Origin: Octopus vulgaris | Lineage: Eukaryota | Direction: 5' to 3' | DNA: 64,000 nt | Assembly (NCBI GenBank): GCA_951406725.2 | Contig: OX597838.1 | Coordinates: 6,882,001 to 6,946,000 of the forward strand | Shown here: one piece after another, positions 57,461 to 64,000 of the stretch | How positions within the stretch are numbered: position 1 is the stretch's first letter | Layout of the letters: each line of letters opens with the position of its first letter | Notes under the pieces: model-generated | What the model saw: the letters and a program-made list of their open reading frames with translations, nothing else | What the model was told of the DNA's origin: nothing | Databases searched by the model: none | Program-made: the position numbers and the translations under genes

Positions 57461-58033
57461 GTAAGTACGTAGATAGATAGGTAGATAAATAGATAGATAT
57501 GTATTTCTTTCTATCTGTTTTCTACTCACATATACATATACGGGCGAGCTCAAATATATTTATACAAGTATAATTGAAGACACAAAACGATATACAAGCG
57601 ACTGCGTGATTGGATTATGTTATTATTTTATTCACAATAAATTTATAGGAGGAACGGCATTTGTCCCGTATAACATTTGTGCATAGTTTCTCTGTGTACT
57701 TGCAGCAGGTAAGATAGGCGCCCCGGGATAGCCTCAAACTAAAAGCAGAGCTCAAAGCAGATCAGAACATTTAAGAAAAAAATTTGGCACAGTGCGTCGA
57801 ATGAGTAGCGGGAGAAGATCTAAGAAACGAGGTTCTGTTTTGCTTGGGGTAAATGCGAAAGACATGTATGTAGAGAATATTTGTGGGGAGAAGGGAGATG
57901 TCTAAGAGCTGAAATTGAAGCAAACATATGCAAGTTATACAAAATATATTTTACCTGGAAAATTACAGAGAATACCACCATACATGCATGCTTGTGTTTA
58001 TGTATGTATATCTGTCTCTCTCTCTTTCTCCCC

Positions 58034-58074
<41 letters not shown>

Positions 58075-58122
58075 CACGCACGTATACACACTGGCGCGCA
58101 TATATATATACATATATATATA

Positions 58123-58351
58123 CGGCGAGCTGGCAGAAACCTTAGCACGCCGGGCGAAATGCGTAGCCGTATTTCGTCTGTCGTTACGCTGTGAGTTCAA
58201 ATTCCGCCGAGGTCGACTTTGCCTTTCATTCTTTCGGGGTCGATAAATAAAGTACCAGTTACGCACTGGGGTCGATGTAATCGACTTAATCCGTTTGTCT
58301 GTCCTTGTTTGTCCCCTCTATGTTTAGCCCATTGTGGGCAATAAAGAAATA
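58123..58351 (+). mobile_element. SINE family B monomer in (TA)n
   Basis: Colinear with 9041-9271. Confidence 0.9.
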
Positions 58352-58668
58352 TATATATATATATATACATACACTCAATTATGATTTTGTTCAACATATT
58401 CCCCTTACAGATTCATACAATTATTGGACTGGGCCTTCAGTTTGTCTAAGATCTGTAAAGGAACTGGAAATTTCACGAAACTCTTTAAGCTAGAAAATTT
58501 TCAGCAGACCCTCGTACATACATCTTACAATTAGCTCTATATGCATAGTATGGGATATTTGTCCAGTTACACGATTGGTATATCTGACATCAAGAAACTT
58601 AGGCAATAACTCCACCAGGATCTTACAAAAAATCACATACTCACACACACACATCACCGCGGAAGTTG

Positions 58669-58706
<38 letters not shown>

Positions 58707-59329
58707 AGTACGCATAAGTAGGTTTATACCATCATACGTAGGTATTTCATATATACTTAAACAAACGCAAGCACTCACTAACAAACCTGAACACACTCAC
58801 AAAGAGGCGCCGACAGTTTAAGCACGTTAGATATAAGGCGACATCATACAAGGATAAGAGAAACACTTGTGTGTATAATAAAAGTCTTTGTCTTTTCTTA
58901 TCAACTCTACTGCAGAGCGTTTAATAGAATCTTCACATCGTTGAAAGCACGAAAGCGCTGAAGTGCCTAATGACAGCCATTTGAAATACTTTTAGCAAGA
59001 TTAAAACCCGGATATTTTGGAAGTGGGGTCTTGTATGTCTAACAGATTAATGGAAGGTCATTGTAGAAAATGAAAGAGAGTATATTTTAAATTAAAAGAA
59101 CTTTGTTTATCTTAATTTTGAAAAATTAAAGAATTAAAACAAAATGGCACGCTTATGCGATGATCCAATATATGGTTCTGTGGCAAGGACTATGTTTCAT
59201 CCGCACATGATCCGGCTACAGTCCTTTCTGCATGAAACTCGGTACGTATCTTCTATAGCGTCGGGGCTGACCAAAACAATTTCAGTGGATTTGGTAGACA
59301 GAAGCTGAATGAAACCGTCGTATACATGG

Positions 59330-59479
<150 letters not shown>

Positions 59480-59687
59480 GACTAGCTGTGTGAAAGCGCA
59501 GGAGATGTGCGTGGTAAGAAGCTTGCTTCCCAACCACATGGTGTCGGGTTCAGTCCCACCGCATGGATTGAACATATATATATATATATATACACAAATA
59601 TATATATCCATATATATATTTATATATACGCCTATGTATTTATGTATATAAATAGATAGTAGATGGATGGATAGATAGATAATACTT

Positions 59688-59742
<55 letters not shown>

Positions 59743-59745
<3 letters not shown>

Positions 59746-60409
59746 CTACAAAATTAGAGAATGGAGAAACATACTTAAATCAATAAAGCATCAACTATCC
59801 GATGATACTCAATCCATACTTTAATACAACATTACATAGGAGTAAAGGCAATATATCAAATGAAATGAGATATACAGTAATAGTAAAAGTAAAAGTAAAA
59901 GTAAAAAGATAAAGAGATATAAGTAAAAAATTACAAATACAATATGCAAATAAATTAAAACTGACAGCTGTTTCGGCAGTGAGGACAGTCATACCTCATT
60001 TAACCTATAAGCCATAAAGGCAGGTATAAATGAGGCATTAACAAAGATGCCCCACGGCCTCTTCAGAGAATTAAATTAAATTTGTTATAATAGTGAAAAA
60101 TATTATATAATCATATACATATAAATATAAAAATATAAAAAAGTAAAATATAAAAACTTATACATCATAATGCTACACTTGTATAATATAATACATATTT
60201 GTACAAAAAGGAAGGTAACCAGAACAAAATAAAACAAAATATATAACAGTGTATATATAATATTAATAAGTACCGATATCATACATATTTAGCTAATAGT
60301 TTTTTATAAAAAAAAGGGGCTAACACATATGGAGATGAAAAATAGTAATAATTAAATCCGTGGTACAGTTCATAAAGTTCTAAAGCTATAAAAGTTAATA
60401 AAAATTACT

Positions 60410-60452
<43 letters not shown>

Positions 60453-60938
60453 GTAATAATAATAAAAAATAATAAAAATAGATACAGTTAAGTTATCACC
60501 AAGTCCATCCTTCCAAGATCGAAATAACTATGAGATAAGAAATGCTGACCACTAGGTAAAGAAAATTTAGATTAATTCGATTGGCTATTGGTTTGAAATT
60601 TAAATCACAAAAGAAAATTATACGGTTGGTTAGTCAGGGAACGCCAATATTCACACACGCATCTACAGATCAATCGCACATACACACATAGTTATATGTA
60701 TATACATACACTTGTACATATACATAATCATAAGCAACAACTAACACTTAGATAAACAAATAGGGAAGCAACCATGCTAACACTAAGTCCTTCAAAATTA
60801 TAACTGAGCCTCAATAACAAAAAAAAAAAAAAAAAAAAAAAAAAGAACCATCCATGCATTCTATAAAATATTTAATTAAGATATAAATGTATTTTAAATA
60901 TCAGTATGTTAATAATTCAGATAATTATTTCATGGGTA
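59743..60938 (-). repeat. left arm of the ~1.2-kb inverted repeat
   Basis: Reverse complement of 62547-63758. The 16-bp length difference equals A26 versus T42 in the homopolymer, and the ORF track shows identical peptides at 59795-59992(-) and 63509-63706(+). Confidence 0.95.
59955..60074 (-). ncRNA. type I hammerhead ribozyme with extended helix II (left-arm copy)
   Basis: Reverse complement of 63427-63546. Confidence 0.8.
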
Positions 60939-62199
60939 ACTTAAAATTTGTAACACCGGTTTGTTGCAGAGTAAACATACGGTTGTTAGATTTATCGTAA
61001 GTTTGTTATGATTTAAAGTACGCTAAATTATAAAATATAAAATATAAAATATATTAATTTAGATATTATAAATAAGTCACTTATTAACTTAATAAATATA
61101 GTGCCAAAATATATCAGTTTAGGCAATAAAAAATAGAGGGGGAAGTATTAATGTAAACGCTTATGAGAACATCACAAAAATTTTAAATAAATTTTATATT
61201 ATAAAGACTTAATATGAAAAGAGATAAAATAAATAAAAAGGAATAAATACGAAGGAATAAATACGGTTATACACATAATTATAAGTACAAACTAGTATAT
61301 ATGTATTCATATATTATTAAAATAAATAAAAATAAATGATAGATATGTATGTATAAAACTACACCAGTATAAGTAAATAAGTAAAGAATAAATAGGTAAC
61401 AAATTAAATGACTTGATATGTATGTAAACATCCACACTTAAATAGGCAAATAAATAAATAAATAGAAGACTAGATGCAAATATTGATAATATTACAATAA
61501 AATGGGAAATAAATAAAAATAAATAAAGTGAATATATATATTTTATATTGTTGAAAGTAAATATGTATGGAAGGATAGTTTAAAGTACAGATCCAGAGGA
61601 CTATAGATATAAACTAAATATATGAGGCTGGTAACAATTATAAAGCAAAATGCATGTAAATGAGAAAATGAAAAAAAATGAAAAAGGTTTATCAGTGAAT
61701 AACATAAGATACAAATTAAGGTGAGTACAAAAAGACCAAATATATAATAAAAACCTTCCAAATCAGCACATACAAAAAACCCATAGTCTCAACCTAAACC
61801 CACCAAACTCACAAAAGGCTCTCATATATTACATATTATACAATATCATTACATTATCCAGAGCTAGGTATCTAACCAAGATATACATATATACTTTGCA
61901 ATATACTATGCAATATTGGAAAACTTCAAAAATCACACATTACAAGGCAAATACCAAAATGAATATGTTATTTTATGTCATATTGCATTTCTCTTAAAAA
62001 AAACAAACAAAAACCCACATACAAAAACCAAGAAACCAATAATACTAGACACATCCAATTAGTTATTATACAAATGTAGCTATAAAAATTATAAAATTAT
62101 GAAATTTATAAAATGTATACTTTAGAATTATAGAAGACCACAGGTATATTTAGTTAAAGAAGGGAATTAAAAAATTGATAATAGTGGAAGTGCTAAGTA

Positions 62200-62546
62200 C
62201 TATTTGAATCTAGAAAAGGTGAACGGTAGCCTATGAATACAAAAGAAGCTTTTCTCATTAATGTTATTAATAATTTGCCGACCCGCTTTAATAATGAAGA
62301 AAATTTCATTAATACATAGAGAGCATTTTTTATTTTTTCCATTATACACAGGTGCTGAAGTTAGTATTTTCCAGTTTAATCTAAAATCTAAGTTCTTACT
62401 TTTAAGTTCCCAAATATATGCACTTAGCCCTGTAGAGTACATTCTATTTTTATTCCTAAAAGTATATCTATGATAATTCCATCTTTGTTTTATGCTATTC
62501 ATAGTTGCCCCGATATACACTCTACTACTCAATTGTGTATCTACAG
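62200..62546 (-). pseudogene. C-terminal part of a PLE GIY-YIG endonuclease (5'-truncated at the inversion junction)
   Basis: RVYIGATMNSIKQRWNYH...STGLSAYIWELK...WKIL...CSLCINE...NN..E...CIH shows YIG, catalytic-type R, H, E and N, plus CxxC and CxH. No internal stops. The first 17 codons of ORF 62200-62598 come from the inverted arm. Confidence 0.85.
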
Positions 62547-62636
62547 TACCCATGAAATAATTATCTGAATTATTAACATACTGATATTTAAAATACATTT
62601 ATATCTTAATTAAATATTTTATAGAATGCATGGATG

Positions 62637-62683
<47 letters not shown>

Positions 62684-63048
62684 TTATTGAGGCTCAGTTA
62701 TAATTTTGAAGGACTTAGTGTTAGCATGGTTGCTTCCCTATTTGTTTATCTAAGTGTTAGTTGTTGCTTATGATTATGTATATGTACAAGTGTATGTATA
62801 TACATATAACTATGTGTGTATGTGCGATTGATCTGTAGATGCGTGTGTGAATATTGGCGTTCCCTGACTAACCAACCGTATAATTTTCTTTTGTGATTTA
62901 AATTTCAAACCAATAGCCAATCGAATTAATCTAAATTTTCTTTACCTAGTGGTCAGCATTTCTTATCTCATAGTTATTTCGATCTTGGAAGGATGGACTT
63001 GGTGATAACTTAACTGTATCTATTTTTATTATTTTTTATTATTATTAC

Positions 63049-63091
<43 letters not shown>

Positions 63092-63758
63092 AGTAATTTT
63101 TATTAACTTTTATAGCTTTAGAACTTTATGAACTGTACCACGGATTTAATTATTACTATTTTTCATCTCCATATGTGTTAGCCCCTTTTTTTTATAAAAA
63201 ACTATTAGCTAAATATGTATGATATCGGTACTTATTAATATTATATATACACTGTTATATATTTTGTTTTATTTTGTTCTGGTTACCTTCCTTTTTGTAC
63301 AAATATGTATTATATTATACAAGTGTAGCATTATGATGTATAAGTTTTTATATTTTACTTTTTTATATTTTTATATTTATATGTATATGATTATATAATA
63401 TTTTTCACTATTATAACAAATTTAATTTAATTCTCTGAAGAGGCCGTGGGGCATCTTTGTTAATGCCTCATTTATACCTGCCTTTATGGCTTATAGGTTA
63501 AATGAGGTATGACTGTCCTCACTGCCGAAACAGCTGTCAGTTTTAATTTATTTGCATATTGTATTTGTAATTTTTTACTTATATCTCTTTATCTTTTTAC
63601 TTTTACTTTTACTTTTACTATTACTGTATATCTCATTTCATTTGATATATTGCCTTTACTCCTATGTAATGTTGTATTAAAGTATGGATTGAGTATCATC
63701 GGATAGTTGATGCTTTATTGATTTAAGTATGTTTCTCCATTCTCTAATTTTGTAGTAT
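62547..63758 (+). repeat. right arm of the ~1.2-kb inverted repeat
   Basis: Reverse complement of 59743-60938. Confidence 0.95.
63427..63546 (+). ncRNA. type I hammerhead ribozyme with extended helix II (right-arm copy)
   Basis: ttaattct-CTGAAGA-ggc...gcc-GAAA-cagctg-TC^agttttaa: intact core, palindromic helix III acagctgt, predicted cleavage after C63538. Confidence 0.8.
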
Positions 63759-63923
63759 TAATTTACGGTAATATTATTACCCTTACCCATTTAATACAAT
63801 AGATGAACTGATTGCTTGACAATTTCTAACATCTATGTATTAATTTTTGTTGGGTACCTATCTAGCAGTATATTGGATATATATTATCCCATGGTGGGTT
63901 GAATTTTCAACCCCTATCTCATT

Positions 63924-63954
<31 letters not shown>

Positions 63955-64000
63955 GAATCTCGCAGAAGCTCACACAAACTTTGCATACGGACACATATAC

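Larger units (their letters stand above)
59743..63928 (-). mobile_element. 5'-truncated Penelope-like element with inverted pseudo-LTR (palindromic insertion in (TA)n)
   Basis: Inverted arms at 59743-60938 and 62547-63758, GIY-YIG ORF remnant, hammerhead in each arm, a one-sided 170-bp extension at 63759-63928, and (TA)n on both flanks. Confidence 0.85.

Noticed and set aside
59795-59992. Duplicated 65-aa hydrophobic ORF (also 63509-63706) as a small membrane protein
   Set aside because: The identity simply reflects the inverted repeat. The ORF is T-rich UTR sequence overlapping the hammerhead, with no coding evidence.
59743-63758. Long-TIR DNA transposon or Polinton interpretation of the inverted repeat
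   Set aside because: The ends are asymmetric, the right arm truncates the ORF, no DDE transposase or integrase is seen, and GIY-YIG plus hammerheads point to a PLE.

Overview
This is AT-rich eukaryotic, repeat-dense intronic or intergenic DNA. The SINE families and the microsatellite load strongly suggest a coleoid cephalopod (Octopus-like), which is an inference. No complete protein-coding gene is visible, and almost all ORFs in the supplied track are translations of microsatellites or SINEs. The window holds dozens of copies of at least three tRNA-derived SINE families, fragments of R4/Dong-, RTE- and CR1/Jockey-type LINEs, Tc1/mariner and pogo-like relics and MITEs, and very many (TA)n, (CA)n, (TATG)n, (GATA)n and trinucleotide tracts. 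The most notable structure is a young-looking Penelope-like element (PLE) at about 59743-63928. It has two near-identical ~1.2-kb inverted arms around a truncated GIY-YIG endonuclease ORF, and each arm carries a type I hammerhead ribozyme with an unusually long (85-nt) helix II. At least four smaller asymmetric fold-back inserts in (TA)n share this architecture, and about ten hammerhead-like motifs occur in total. One SINE family forms multimers with a fixed junction at three independent loci. One plausible start-codon exon of a host gene lies at 25649-25743. All calls were made by eye, without database searches.
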